This document shows, piece after piece, positions 7,841-16,452 of a DNA stretch of 33,211 nucleotides (positions within the stretch are counted from its first letter, which is position 1; each line of letters begins with the position of its first letter). The notes beneath the pieces are model-generated. The model made no database searches. It was not told the origin of the DNA and saw nothing but the letters and a program-made list of their open reading frames with translations. The stretch is from NCBI GenBank assembly GCA_038912545.1, contig JBCLFD010000004.1, forward strand, positions 1 to 33,211, written 5' to 3'. Position numbers and translations under genes: made by a program. Origin of the DNA: Minisyncoccia bacterium. Lineage in GTDB: Bacteria > Patescibacteriota > Minisyncoccia > Phycocordibacterales > Phycocordibacteraceae.

Positions 7841-10800
7841 ATGCAAACAGTAACTACAAAAGCACGAATGAAAGTCGCGGCAGTAGCGACCGGACTCGCG
7901 ATGGCGACATCAATGCTCGCATTTGCGCCTATGGCGCATGCAGCGTTGACGAGCTCGCAGGTCGCGGCCATCGTCTCGCTTCTTCAGTCGTTCGGTGCAG
8001 ACGCATCAACGATCGCAAACGTTCAGGCATCGCTCACGGGCGGTACGCCTGTAGCGACTCCGGCCCCATCGACTTCTTTCACGAGAAATCTGACGGTCGG
8101 TTCAACAGGTGCAGATGTAACAGCGCTCCAGGACGCGCTTAAGGCGGGCGGTTACATGACAGCTAACGCGACGGGTTACTTCGGTGCCCTCACGAAGGCT
8201 GGCGTTACAGCTTGGCAGACGGCTAAGGGCATTTCGCCTGCAGCCGGCTACTTCGGCCCTATCTCGCGCGCGGCATTCGGCGGCGTCTCGACGACTCCAA
8301 CGACTCCAACGACTCCAACGACTCCGGGTACGACTCCGATTACGGGCAATGGCCTCAAGGTCTGGCTCGCATCGGATTCGCCAAATAACATTGCACTCGT
8401 CAACAGTCAGTCAGCTGGTGAGCTCGCGAAGTACACCTTCTCGAACCCAACTGCTTCTGATATAAAAGTGACGAACGCAACGTTCAAGCGTATCGGCGTT
8501 TCAACTGATGCGTCTCTCTCAAACGTCTACCTCTTTAGCGGTGAGACTCGTCTTACCGACCCAGCAGGTATCAGCAACTCGACATTCAACTTCAATGACA
8601 CCACTGGCCTCTTCACAGTCGCCGCTGGTGCTACGAAGACGATTTCAGTTCGCTCTGATATCGCCTCTGGCGCAGACGGCCAGCAGATAGGCGTTCAGCT
8701 TATCTCGCTTGCTTCAAACGGCACGCTTGATTCAAGCGTTTCGTTCCCCGTGAGTGGCTACACCCAGACGGTTTCTTCTGCAGCAGTTGCAGCAGTTCTT
8801 CTCGGTACAGTCACTCCAACCGCAGGTGAATTCGCACCGGCAACAGACACGACGGTCTTCCAGTCAACAGCAACAGTTTCGACTCGCGCTGTCTGGCTCA
8901 GGGCAGTCACGTTTGAAAACCGCGGTTCAACCGTTGATGCGGACTTCCAGAACATTAAGCTCCTCGTACGCGGTACGCAGGTCGGCGCAACAATGTCTGG
9001 AACAAGCGGAAAGAAAATCACCTTTGACCTCTCGGCCTCTCCAGTTCGCCTTGAGACAGGTGCACACGAACTTCGCCTCACTGCTGACATCGTCGGCGGT
9101 TCAGGTGAGACCTTCGACTTCCAGATTCGCCGTGCAGTTGACCTTCGCGTCATCGATGTAGACCTCAATGCAGGTATTACAGCGACTGGCCCGCTCTCAG
9201 CATTAGCAGCGAACGATGTTGAGGGCGTCGCTCTCTCGATTACTCGTGCAGCAAACTCACCAACCGCGAACGTTGCGATTGACGCAACAAGCGTGAAATG
9301 GGCAAGCTTCGAGTTCCGCGCAACAGGCGATGACCTCAAGGTTGAGCAAATCACCGTTGACGCTGACCCATCTTCAGGTAGCGGTCTTGATAACGGTAAG
9401 GTCTTCTTGAATGGTGTTCAGATTGGCTCTACCCAAGACATCGTAAGTGCCGGTACAACGTTATTCACCTTCGGTTCTCAGATGGTTCTCGCTCGCGGTA
9501 CCGTAGCAGTTGTAGACATCTACTCCGATGCGAAGCAGGCTGACGGCACATCAATTGCAGCAAATGCAACGGTTGACGTCGGTGTCTCGGTTGTTGTCGC
9601 TGACACAGAAGGTGTTAAGTCAGGCGATCGTATCGCTAATGCCATCACTGAAGTTGAAGGCAACAGCATCACTGTTTCCTCATCTTCTCTCACCGCAACG
9701 AAGTTCTCTGGTTACAGCAACCAGACGATTATCGCCGGTACGAATGATGCAAAAATCGGTGCCTTCACTCTCTCTACCGGTTCTACGGAAGGGGTGAATG
9801 TGAATACGATTGTTGTTGCCTTCGCTTCCGCGGTTACTGCAACGATGACTGATCTCCGCCTCGTCGATAATGCGACGGGTGTCCAGATCGGCTCGACAAG
9901 GACCTCGGTTGGTACATCGAACTCGTTCTCAGTCAGCGTGGTTAATCTCGCAGCGTCTGGAACGAAGACGATTAATGTCATCGCAAACGTGAAGTCCGGT
10001 GCCGGTGCCGGTGCAATTCCTGCAACGACTGTCACGACTTCAACAGGCGGTATCGGTGCTATCACGGGTAACTCGGTAACGGTTGCTTCGGCTCCAACAC
10101 TCCAGACGATTACAATCGGCTCGGCAGTGCTCACCGCTGAGGTCAACACTGGTTCTACCCCTGACGAAGTGAACGTTATCGCAGGTTCTGCAGAAGTGAA
10201 GGTCGGTTCATTCCGCTTCACCTCTCAGTTCTCTTCGTATACCGTTCAAGAAATCTTGGTGAAGATTCCAGCAAATGCCGCGACGAGCGTTACGGCTGTT
10301 ACCCTTAAGTGGACGGGCGGTTCTGCAACGCAGGCCCTCACCCTCTCAAGCGGTGCACAGACGCACGCAACGGCGACCTTTACTGGTCTCACCTTCGAGG
10401 TCCCAGTGAACACTGACACAAACCTCGATGTCTACGTAGGTATTCCTACCGTGGCTTCAGGTGCAACGTCAGGTTCAGCTATCTCAGTCTTGCTTGACGG
10501 AGACGAGGGCTTCAGGGCCGTCGACTCCTCAGGCACTTCTGACACAACTCTTACCAGCTCCGCTGACCTCAACTCAGCAGCAGGCGGTAAGGGGACGGTG
10601 TTTGTCAGGAAGTCGATTCCGACCATGTCGGCTGTCGCGCTTGACACCTCTGTACTCTCCGCTGGCTCAAACAAGGCCATCGCGCGCGTAAAGGTGACGG
10701 CAGACGCAGGAGGTGACATCAGCTGGAACAAGATTGTCTTCACGGTCTCGAAGACGACTGGTATCACGCTTGGTGCAACCACGACGGTTCAGCTCTTCGA

Positions 10801-11206
10801 TGGCGCAAATGCTGTCGCGGGTGCCTTCGCAACTACGACTGCCACGACGCTTATCAGCGGTCTCGATATGTTCGGGGCAGCTACGTCCGGAGTCATCGTA
10901 TTTGACCCAACCAGCGAGCAACAGATTGCCGCAGGTACCTCAAAGACGTATGAGCTCCGCACGACGGTTGGCGGTCTTGCTGCAAACAGCAACACCCTCG
11001 ATGTCTCAGTTGCAAATCCTACGACTTCGGTCTCAACGGCTGCTGCATTGACCATCGGTGCAGTTAAAACCTCGCTGGTGTCGCTTATCTGGTCTGATCG
11101 CTCGGTTATCAACGCCGTCCACTCTACTACTACAGCAGACTGGACCAATGATTACCTCGTCAAGACACTTCCACTCACGGTCGGTAACCTCTCGGTTACT
11201 ATCTAA
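7841..11206 (+). CDS. Large secreted S-layer-like surface protein with peptidoglycan-binding domain
   Basis: Signal peptide ending AHA; FTRNLTVGSTGADVTALQ..L..GGY.....GYFGALTKAGV.AWQ..KGI.PAAGYFGPISRA PG-binding motif; T/S/A/V/G-rich repeated beta domains; own terminator. Confidence 0.85.
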   Translation: MQTVTTKARMKVAAVATGLAMATSMLAFAPMAHAALTSSQVAAIVSLLQSFGADASTIANVQASLTGGTPVATPAPSTSFTRNLTVGSTGADVTALQDALKAGGYMTANATGYFGALTKAGVTAWQTAKGISPAAGYFGPISRAAFGGVSTTPTTPTTPTTPGTTPITGNGLKVWLASDSPNNIALVNSQSAGELAKYTFSNPTASDIKVTNATFKRIGVSTDASLSNVYLFSGETRLTDPAGISNSTFNFNDTTGLFTVAAGATKTISVRSDIASGADGQQIGVQLISLASNGTLDSSVSFPVSGYTQTVSSAAVAAVLLGTVTPTAGEFAPATDTTVFQSTATVSTRAVWLRAVTFENRGSTVDADFQNIKLLVRGTQVGATMSGTSGKKITFDLSASPVRLETGAHELRLTADIVGGSGETFDFQIRRAVDLRVIDVDLNAGITATGPLSALAANDVEGVALSITRAANSPTANVAIDATSVKWASFEFRATGDDLKVEQITVDADPSSGSGLDNGKVFLNGVQIGSTQDIVSAGTTLFTFGSQMVLARGTVAVVDIYSDAKQADGTSIAANATVDVGVSVVVADTEGVKSGDRIANAITEVEGNSITVSSSSLTATKFSGYSNQTIIAGTNDAKIGAFTLSTGSTEGVNVNTIVVAFASAVTATMTDLRLVDNATGVQIGSTRTSVGTSNSFSVSVVNLAASGTKTINVIANVKSGAGAGAIPATTVTTSTGGIGAITGNSVTVASAPTLQTITIGSAVLTAEVNTGSTPDEVNVIAGSAEVKVGSFRFTSQFSSYTVQEILVKIPANAATSVTAVTLKWTGGSATQALTLSSGAQTHATATFTGLTFEVPVNTDTNLDVYVGIPTVASGATSGSAISVLLDGDEGFRAVDSSGTSDTTLTSSADLNSAAGGKGTVFVRKSIPTMSAVALDTSVLSAGSNKAIARVKVTADAGGDISWNKIVFTVSKTTGITLGATTTVQLFDGANAVAGAFATTTATTLISGLDMFGAATSGVIVFDPTSEQQIAAGTSKTYELRTTVGGLAANSNTLDVSVANPTTSVSTAAALTIGAVKTSLVSLIWSDRSVINAVHSTTTADWTNDYLVKTLPLTVGNLSVTI
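8291..8326 (+). repeat. 9-bp tandem repeat (acgactcca) encoding a (TTP)n linker
   Basis: acgactcca x3 plus acgactccg. Confidence 0.85.
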
Positions 11207-11274
11207 TGAGTTAGTGTTACAGGAAGTTCCTGATTATAAATCAGAGCATCCTCCAGCTAGGAAATTGGCCTAGC

Positions 11275-11315
11275 AACACAAAAACCGCCCCTTCGGGGGC
11301 GGTTTTTGTGTTTTT
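11275..11315 (+). terminator. Intrinsic terminator of the S-layer-like gene
   Basis: aacacaaaaaccgcccc-ttcg-ggggcggtttttgtgtt followed by T run. Confidence 0.9.
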
Positions 11316-11351
11316 GTATCACGCTCTACATCGTGGTATTCTCTCGAATAT

Positions 11352-11966
11352 ATGTACAACACACAAAAACAGTGGGCAGTGGCTATCGTCTCCGTCATTG
11401 TCGTTGGGGTGGTCGTCTTCCTCATGCAGAATAAAAAAGAGGTGACGGTGGCGCCAGACACAGCAGAACAAGAGGCACGGGTGCAGGAAGAGCAGTCTCG
11501 AAAAGAGCAGGGAGGAGAGACAGAAGTTGTGGTACAAACAAAGCCCGTCAAGGCATTTACGTTCCCTATACATACACAAGATTCAATCAAAAACTGGTCT
11601 TTCATTGGCTCATATACGGGGAACGATGTACTTATTGCAAAAGCAGTCGCAGACACCACTTTCCTGAAAAATCTTGTGGGGAAGGGGGAGTACAGCGACT
11701 ACGACCTCTATATAGGTATCGCGAACAATAACGCGTTTCTTGGAGACGGAGCCCGTGCGTATGAGTATTACAACAAAGCAATTTCAGAGAACAGAGCGCG
11801 CGCCATTGCTTATCTGAATCTCGGTAATCTGATGGAGAAACTTGGCGCTCTCCACACCGCATATGACGCGTATACACGAGCATCCACGCTTGAGCCAGAC
11901 ATTGCTCAGTACAGTAGCGCTCGAAACGACTTCCTCTCTCGTCACCCAGAGTTCATAGCGTCATAA
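11352..11966 (+). CDS. Membrane-anchored TPR protein
   Basis: N-terminal TM; A.EYYNKAI...AIAYLNLGNL..KLG....A..AY.RA..LEP TPR pattern. Confidence 0.85.
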   Translation: MYNTQKQWAVAIVSVIVVGVVVFLMQNKKEVTVAPDTAEQEARVQEEQSRKEQGGETEVVVQTKPVKAFTFPIHTQDSIKNWSFIGSYTGNDVLIAKAVADTTFLKNLVGKGEYSDYDLYIGIANNNAFLGDGARAYEYYNKAISENRARAIAYLNLGNLMEKLGALHTAYDAYTRASTLEPDIAQYSSARNDFLSRHPEFIAS

Positions 11967-11975
11967 CCATCAGCA

Positions 11976-14282
11976 ATGAGAACTATAGAACGCGTATGTC
12001 CTTGGCTCCTGCTCGCGCCGGCGGTCCTCCCGCTTCTGTGGTGGGGTGGACTACTCTACCCCTTTCTCGTCCCGAAGACACTTGCACTCCGCGGACTCGG
12101 CATCGCGACGCTCGCAACGCTGGTCTACCTCGTTCTTAAGGGACAACCTTTCTTTTGGCATAGATTGCGTCGCGCAGTCGCGTGGATTCCGGGAGCTCTG
12201 CTCTTCGTGGCATACCTTGCTTCAGCGCTCGGCGTAGATTTCTCCATGAGCTTCTGGTCGGTGTTTAATCGCGGAGATGGATTGCTGACACTCACTGTCA
12301 TTGTCGGATATTTTTATTTCATTCTTGTTTCGGCATCTCGCGATTTACTCTCACGGCTTCTCAAAATCGTTGCAGTTGTGGGGACCATCGCCGCTCTCAT
12401 CGGTTTATTGCAGTGGCTTGGATATGTGTTTGGTTTCGAAATCCCACTCCTCCCGAGCGGCGCCGGTCGTGTCGGCGGCCCGCTCGGGAATGCCGCCTTC
12501 TTCGCTGGGTATCTCGGGCTCACGGTTTTCGCCACGCTCGCATCCATTCCCGATTGGAATTCGCGTACGGTGCGCCGCTTGATGTACTACAGCGCGGCTC
12601 TGCAAGCACTCGTCGCGGTACTCACTGCGACGCGAGGTACCATTCTCGCCTTTCTCGTCACGGGAACGCTCGGACTTCTCTACGTCGCTTTTCGCAAAGC
12701 GGAGCCGGCAAGCATTTCGGCGAGCGTAAGACTTGGCCTAGCGGCCCGGAGCGCTCTCGCCGAAATGTTTGCCGGTGGAGCTCACTGGGCCCGCATCGCG
12801 CTAGTTGCACTCATCGTTCTCGCAGGCCTTTTTATCGGATTCCGAGACCAACTCTCGCAATCTTCATTTGAACCCATTCGTCGCATCGCATCCATCTCGC
12901 TCACCGATGCGACGGTCTCCAGCCGACTTTTCATTTGGCAGAATGTCTCTGTTGAGGCACTCAAGTCCCCACTGCTCGGCGCGGGCGCAGAGCACATCGC
13001 ACCCCTCTTTGACCGTGTGTATGACCCGACGCAGATTCTGGAACAATGGTTTGACCGCACCCACAATTCTTTTCTGGATTACTTCGTCCAGTACGGCTTC
13101 ATAGGTCTCGCGCTCTACCTCGCACTTCTCATCGCCTTCGGCGCGAGCGCCATCAGATTGTTTCGTGCGGGCGACGAGCGAGGGTTCTATCTCACTCTTC
13201 TCGTAGTTGCGTACGCCGTTCAAAATTTCTTTGTCTTTGATACGGCAGTTACTCTCTGGCTTCTCGTGGCACTCTTCGCTGTTCTCCTCGCACAGGAAGA
13301 CGAATCAAAACAAGGTTCAACCTTGTTACAAGGTCTGTTCCAAGGTCGAACCTTGCCGCCGTCTGTCGGCGTAGTGCTTGGATTACTTCTGCTCCTGCCT
13401 CTCTGGTGGGTCGTTGCGAAACCTCTTGTCGCCGACTATTACTTGGCGCAAGGATATTTGTATCAAATTACGGACGTACATCAATCAATTTCTTATTTCA
13501 AAAAAGGCCTCGCTCTTGATACATACGCAGACCTTGAATACGGCTACACAGCCTATGATATGTACACCGCAAACCAAGCGAAATATCTGACGGGGGCGAA
13601 CCGAGTCGCAGCATATGAATATGCACGCGGTGTGCTCGTAGCGAATTTCAAGCGATATTCCTATGACACCCGCACCGCCATCTATCTGGGGCACGTGTAC
13701 GACACCGCCCCTCCTGGAGTCACCGTTAATGAGAATGACGAGCTTTCGGTCTTGGCGCACGCGGTAGAGCTGTCGCCGAAGCGCGCTCAGCCCTACTACA
13801 TACTCGCCAATATATTTCTTAAAAAGGGCGATGCAACAACGGGTGCCGAGCGAACTGCTTTATATAAAAATGCAATTACCGGACTTGAAGCGTATTCAAA
13901 AACGGTTCCGATGCTTTCAGAACCGCACTACATTGTTGCCAACTTGTATTTTGTTCTTGGCGACCGCGCGAACGCTGCGCGCGAAGCCGCTCTCGGTCTC
14001 TCGTCATATCAGGGCGATGCCGACGTCGCGAAACGCGCCGTGAAATATTATCTCGGTGTTGAAGATTGGCCGAATGTCGTTCGCTTTTTCTCCGATATTG
14101 TTGGCGAAGAGTCAACTGATTATCCGACATGGTACGATTTGGCGAAGGCGAAGTATCTCGCAAACGATTTTGCGGGAGCCGAAGAAATCGTCATTATGCT
14201 CCGACAGAAATCCCCAGGACTTATTGAAACCGACCCCGCATTCTTCTCCGCCATCACCATCTATGAACAATCAAAAAAATAA
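11976..14282 (+). CDS. O-antigen ligase/O-oligosaccharyltransferase-like membrane protein with C-terminal TPR-like region
   Basis: Many TMs; R.GG.LGN..F.AGYL, T.TRG, SRLFIW......SPLLG.G.E, DRTHNSFLD..V.YG..GL Wzy_C-type motifs. Confidence 0.88.
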   Translation: MRTIERVCPWLLLAPAVLPLLWWGGLLYPFLVPKTLALRGLGIATLATLVYLVLKGQPFFWHRLRRAVAWIPGALLFVAYLASALGVDFSMSFWSVFNRGDGLLTLTVIVGYFYFILVSASRDLLSRLLKIVAVVGTIAALIGLLQWLGYVFGFEIPLLPSGAGRVGGPLGNAAFFAGYLGLTVFATLASIPDWNSRTVRRLMYYSAALQALVAVLTATRGTILAFLVTGTLGLLYVAFRKAEPASISASVRLGLAARSALAEMFAGGAHWARIALVALIVLAGLFIGFRDQLSQSSFEPIRRIASISLTDATVSSRLFIWQNVSVEALKSPLLGAGAEHIAPLFDRVYDPTQILEQWFDRTHNSFLDYFVQYGFIGLALYLALLIAFGASAIRLFRAGDERGFYLTLLVVAYAVQNFFVFDTAVTLWLLVALFAVLLAQEDESKQGSTLLQGLFQGRTLPPSVGVVLGLLLLLPLWWVVAKPLVADYYLAQGYLYQITDVHQSISYFKKGLALDTYADLEYGYTAYDMYTANQAKYLTGANRVAAYEYARGVLVANFKRYSYDTRTAIYLGHVYDTAPPGVTVNENDELSVLAHAVELSPKRAQPYYILANIFLKKGDATTGAERTALYKNAITGLEAYSKTVPMLSEPHYIVANLYFVLGDRANAAREAALGLSSYQGDADVAKRAVKYYLGVEDWPNVVRFFSDIVGEESTDYPTWYDLAKAKYLANDFAGAEEIVIMLRQKSPGLIETDPAFFSAITIYEQSKK
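12705..12775 (+). repeat. In-gene hairpin insert with 20-bp inverted repeat
   Basis: ccggcaagcatttcggcgag (12705-12724) / ctcgccgaaatgtttgccgg (12756-12775), 19/20 Watson-Crick plus one G-U. Confidence 0.8.
13311..13355 (+). repeat. Two 15-bp palindromes CAAGGTnnAACCTTG in frame
   Basis: caaggttcaaccttg 13311-13325 and caaggtcgaaccttg 13341-13355, with partial caaggtc between. Confidence 0.7.
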
Positions 14283-14433
14283 CCCCGACGCCTTCGATCG
14301 TGGCCCCGACTTCAGACGTCGTGGAAACAAACTGCCGTTTTTTATTGAGTTTGTAAAGTTCACGAGTGGGTTCGCCGTCATTGTCGTCATCGCTCTCATT
14401 GCTCTTAAAGCCGCCGCTTCCGCAATGCAGTAA
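14263..14433 (+). CDS. Small single-TM protein (56 aa)
   Basis: ATG 14263 in ORF 14056..14433; MNNQ...LPFFIEFVKFTSGFAVIVVIALIALKAAASAMQ hydrophobic tail. Confidence 0.5.
   Translation: MNNQKNNPDAFDRGPDFRRRGNKLPFFIEFVKFTSGFAVIVVIALIALKAAASAMQ
14283..14324 (+). repeat. 42-bp double-hairpin element, family B degenerate copy
   Basis: ccccgacgccttcgatcgtggccccgacttcagacgtcgtgg; 30/42 identical, ungapped, to 15468-15509. Confidence 0.7.
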
Positions 14434-14596
14434 TTTTGGCGTTTTTTGTTGTTTCAATTTTTAACCTATAGGCCAAAAATGTGGACATCCGATGTCCTAA
14501 CATTCTACTTTTCACTTTACCTTACTATCGTCTATAGGATAAAGTAAGGTACAGTTGCATTTCGGTGCGATTCTGATAATGTAGTTTTTGTACGAA

Positions 14597-14700
14597 CCGA
14601 AGACAGTGGGTGGAACATCCTGAGCGCAAGCGAAGGACCGAACCGTAAATCCTGCCGAGGCGACCCGTCACACTTCAGCAGTGTGGCGGGGAAATTCTCC
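14597..14700 (+). ncRNA. Ribosomal protein L10 leader (autogenous control element)
   Basis: CCGAAGACAGTGGG...TAAATCCTGCCGAGG kink-turn pattern directly upstream of rplJ. Confidence 0.8.
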
Positions 14701-14727
14701 TTCCAAGTTTGTATGAATTATTAACGT

Positions 14728-15219
14728 ATGGCTATATCAAAAACAAAAAAGAGCGAAATACTCGCGAAGCTCGCGGATGTGCTTAAGGAGGCGACGTCTA
14801 TTGCGTTTGTCGGCTTTAACAAGCTCACCGTGAAAAACGCTTCGGCGCTTCGCGAGACGCTGAAGAAGGCGGATGTGAAGTATTACGTCGCGAAGAAGAC
14901 CCTACTCCGCCTTGCTCTCAAACAACAAGGCTACGAAGGGCAAGCTCCTGAGCTTCCCGGAGAAGTAGCAATCGCGTGGACGACGAGCGATGTCATCGCT
15001 CCGTCGCGCGGTATCTATGACTTCGGCAAGAAGCTGAAGGGCGCGCTCGTCCTGCTGGGCGGCGTATTCGAGAACGCATTCGCCGACAAGGAGCAGATGA
15101 CGGCAATCGCTACCATCCCACCAATGCTCGTACTGCGCGGAATGTTCGTGAACGTCATCAATAGCCCGATTCAGGGGCTCGTCGTCGCGCTCGATCAAAT
15201 TACTAAAAGTAAGCAGTAA
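14728..15219 (+). CDS. rplJ: 50S ribosomal protein L10
   Basis: KTKK.EI...L, LTV.....LRE.L, YYVAKKTL, LLGGVFE, IATIPP...LRGMFVNVINSP. Confidence 0.96.
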   Translation: MAISKTKKSEILAKLADVLKEATSIAFVGFNKLTVKNASALRETLKKADVKYYVAKKTLLRLALKQQGYEGQAPELPGEVAIAWTTSDVIAPSRGIYDFGKKLKGALVLLGGVFENAFADKEQMTAIATIPPMLVLRGMFVNVINSPIQGLVVALDQITKSKQ

Positions 15220-15288
15220 GCAGTAAGCAGTAAGCAGTAAGCAGTTTTGAAATTTCAGACTGCATACCGCCTTCTGCCTACTGCCTAC
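15211..15288 (+). repeat. Heptamer-array foldback element (AAGCAGT)5-loop-(ACYGCMT-like)4, family C copy 1
   Basis: aagcagt x5 at 15211-15245, then actgcat accgcct tctgcct actgcct at 15259-15286; supplies the rplJ stop codon. Confidence 0.85.
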
Positions 15289-15304
15289 GTATAAAACAAA
15301 TACT

Positions 15305-15730
15305 ATGGCAGATGAAACGACAGTAACAGCCACGGAAGCGACAGTTGAAGCGCCGGTTGGAATACCGTCCAAGTTTAAGAAGCTCGTAGAAGAGGTTGAG
15401 GCGATGTCCGTTCTCGAACTCTCCGAGCTCGTGAAAGTGCTGGAAAATAAGTTTGGTGTCTCCGCAGCCCCGACGTTAGCAGTCGGGGCCCCGACCGCAA
15501 GCGTCGGGGAAGAGACGAAGTCCACCGCAGACGTGGAACTCACCGAAGTCGGTGCCTCTAAAATCGCCGTCATTAAGGCGGTGAAAGAAGCGCTCGCTCT
15601 CGGACTCAAGGAGGCGAAGGATCTCGTTGACGGCGCGCCTTCAATGTTGAAGACCGGCATGAAGAAGGAGGATGCCGCAGAGCTCAAGAAGAAGCTTGAA
15701 GCAGCAGGTGCGAAGGTGACACTCAAATAA
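15305..15730 (+). CDS. rplL: 50S ribosomal protein L7/L12
   Basis: [57 protein letters not shown]. Confidence 0.98.
   Translation: MADETTVTATEATVEAPVGIPSKFKKLVEEVEAMSVLELSELVKVLENKFGVSAAPTLAVGAPTASVGEETKSTADVELTEVGASKIAVIKAVKEALALGLKEAKDLVDGAPSMLKTGMKKEDAAELKKKLEAAGAKVTLK
15468..15509 (+). repeat. 42-bp double-hairpin element, family B, in the L7/L12 hinge
   Basis: ccccgacgttagcagtcggggccccgaccgcaagcgtcgggg = two CCCCGAC/GTCGGGG hairpins; encodes [13 protein letters not shown]. Confidence 0.85.
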
Positions 15731-15743
15731 CCTTATTATTACG

Positions 15744-15779
15744 ACACAAAAAGCGCTCCTTCGGGGCGCTTTTGCGTTT
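15744..15779 (+). terminator. Intrinsic terminator of rplJL
   Basis: aaaagcgctcc-ttc-ggggcgctttt. Confidence 0.85.
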
Positions 15780-15811
15780 CTCCGCGCCACCCCTTACACT
15801 AGCGATGACCT

Positions 15812-16381
15812 ATGGAACCACTCGCCAAGCTCTTCGGCTTTCCGGCACGCCTCAAAATGCTCCGTCTTTTTATATTTAATCAAGACACCAATTTTTCGGT
15901 TGAAAGTATTGTGAGACGGACCAAGCTTTCTAAAGAAGCCGTTCGCAGTGAGCTCGCAGATTTAATTTCTGCTCGCTTTTTACGGAAGAAGGGGACACAC
16001 ACGGCGACGCGATATCAGACCAACCCGCGATTCCCGCATCGCGAAGCTTTGGACACGTTCATTCGCGAGACGACAATCTTAAGTCCTAAACACATTGTTA
16101 CGTCGCTGAAGAAGGCGGGAGCGCTACGGCTCGTTGTGCTCACCGGACTCTTCACTGGTATTCTTGAACCGCAGATTGATCTCCTTGTCGTGGGGGACCA
16201 TTTGAACGAGCGGACACTCGCCTCGGCCGTACACTCGCTTGAAGCCGATTTGGGGCGCGAAATCCGCTACGCATTTTTCACTACCGCCGACTTCCGCTAC
16301 CGCCTCGGTATCTATGACCGCCTTTTGAGGGACATTTTTGACTATCCACACCGCCTCCTGGTGGATAAGATAGGGCTCTAA
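15812..16381 (+). CDS. Winged-HTH + degenerate nucleotidyltransferase-like domain protein
   Basis: N-terminal LF...ARLKMLRLF.FN....EL..L...FL wHTH; C-terminal L.VLTG.F....IDLLVVGD....LEA.LGREIRY NTase-like fold. Confidence 0.75.
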   Translation: MEPLAKLFGFPARLKMLRLFIFNQDTNFSVESIVRRTKLSKEAVRSELADLISARFLRKKGTHTATRYQTNPRFPHREALDTFIRETTILSPKHIVTSLKKAGALRLVVLTGLFTGILEPQIDLLVVGDHLNERTLASAVHSLEADLGREIRYAFFTTADFRYRLGIYDRLLRDIFDYPHRLLVDKIGL

Positions 16382-16452
16382 AAGGGGGTATACTTATCAC
16401 AGGTGCTTTCTGCATAGTTTATTAGCCGCATAAATATAGCGTTATCATCATT

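Noticed and set aside
8291-8326. 9-bp tandem repeat as VNTR/phase-variation or CRISPR
   Set aside because: Frame-preserving Thr-Thr-Pro linker; no spacers
8184-11273. Many alternate-frame ORFs over the S-layer-like gene
   Set aside because: Result of biased T/S/A/V codon usage leaving other frames open
15211-15245. Heptamer array as a CRISPR array
   Set aside because: No unique spacers, unit too short, no cas genes in the window
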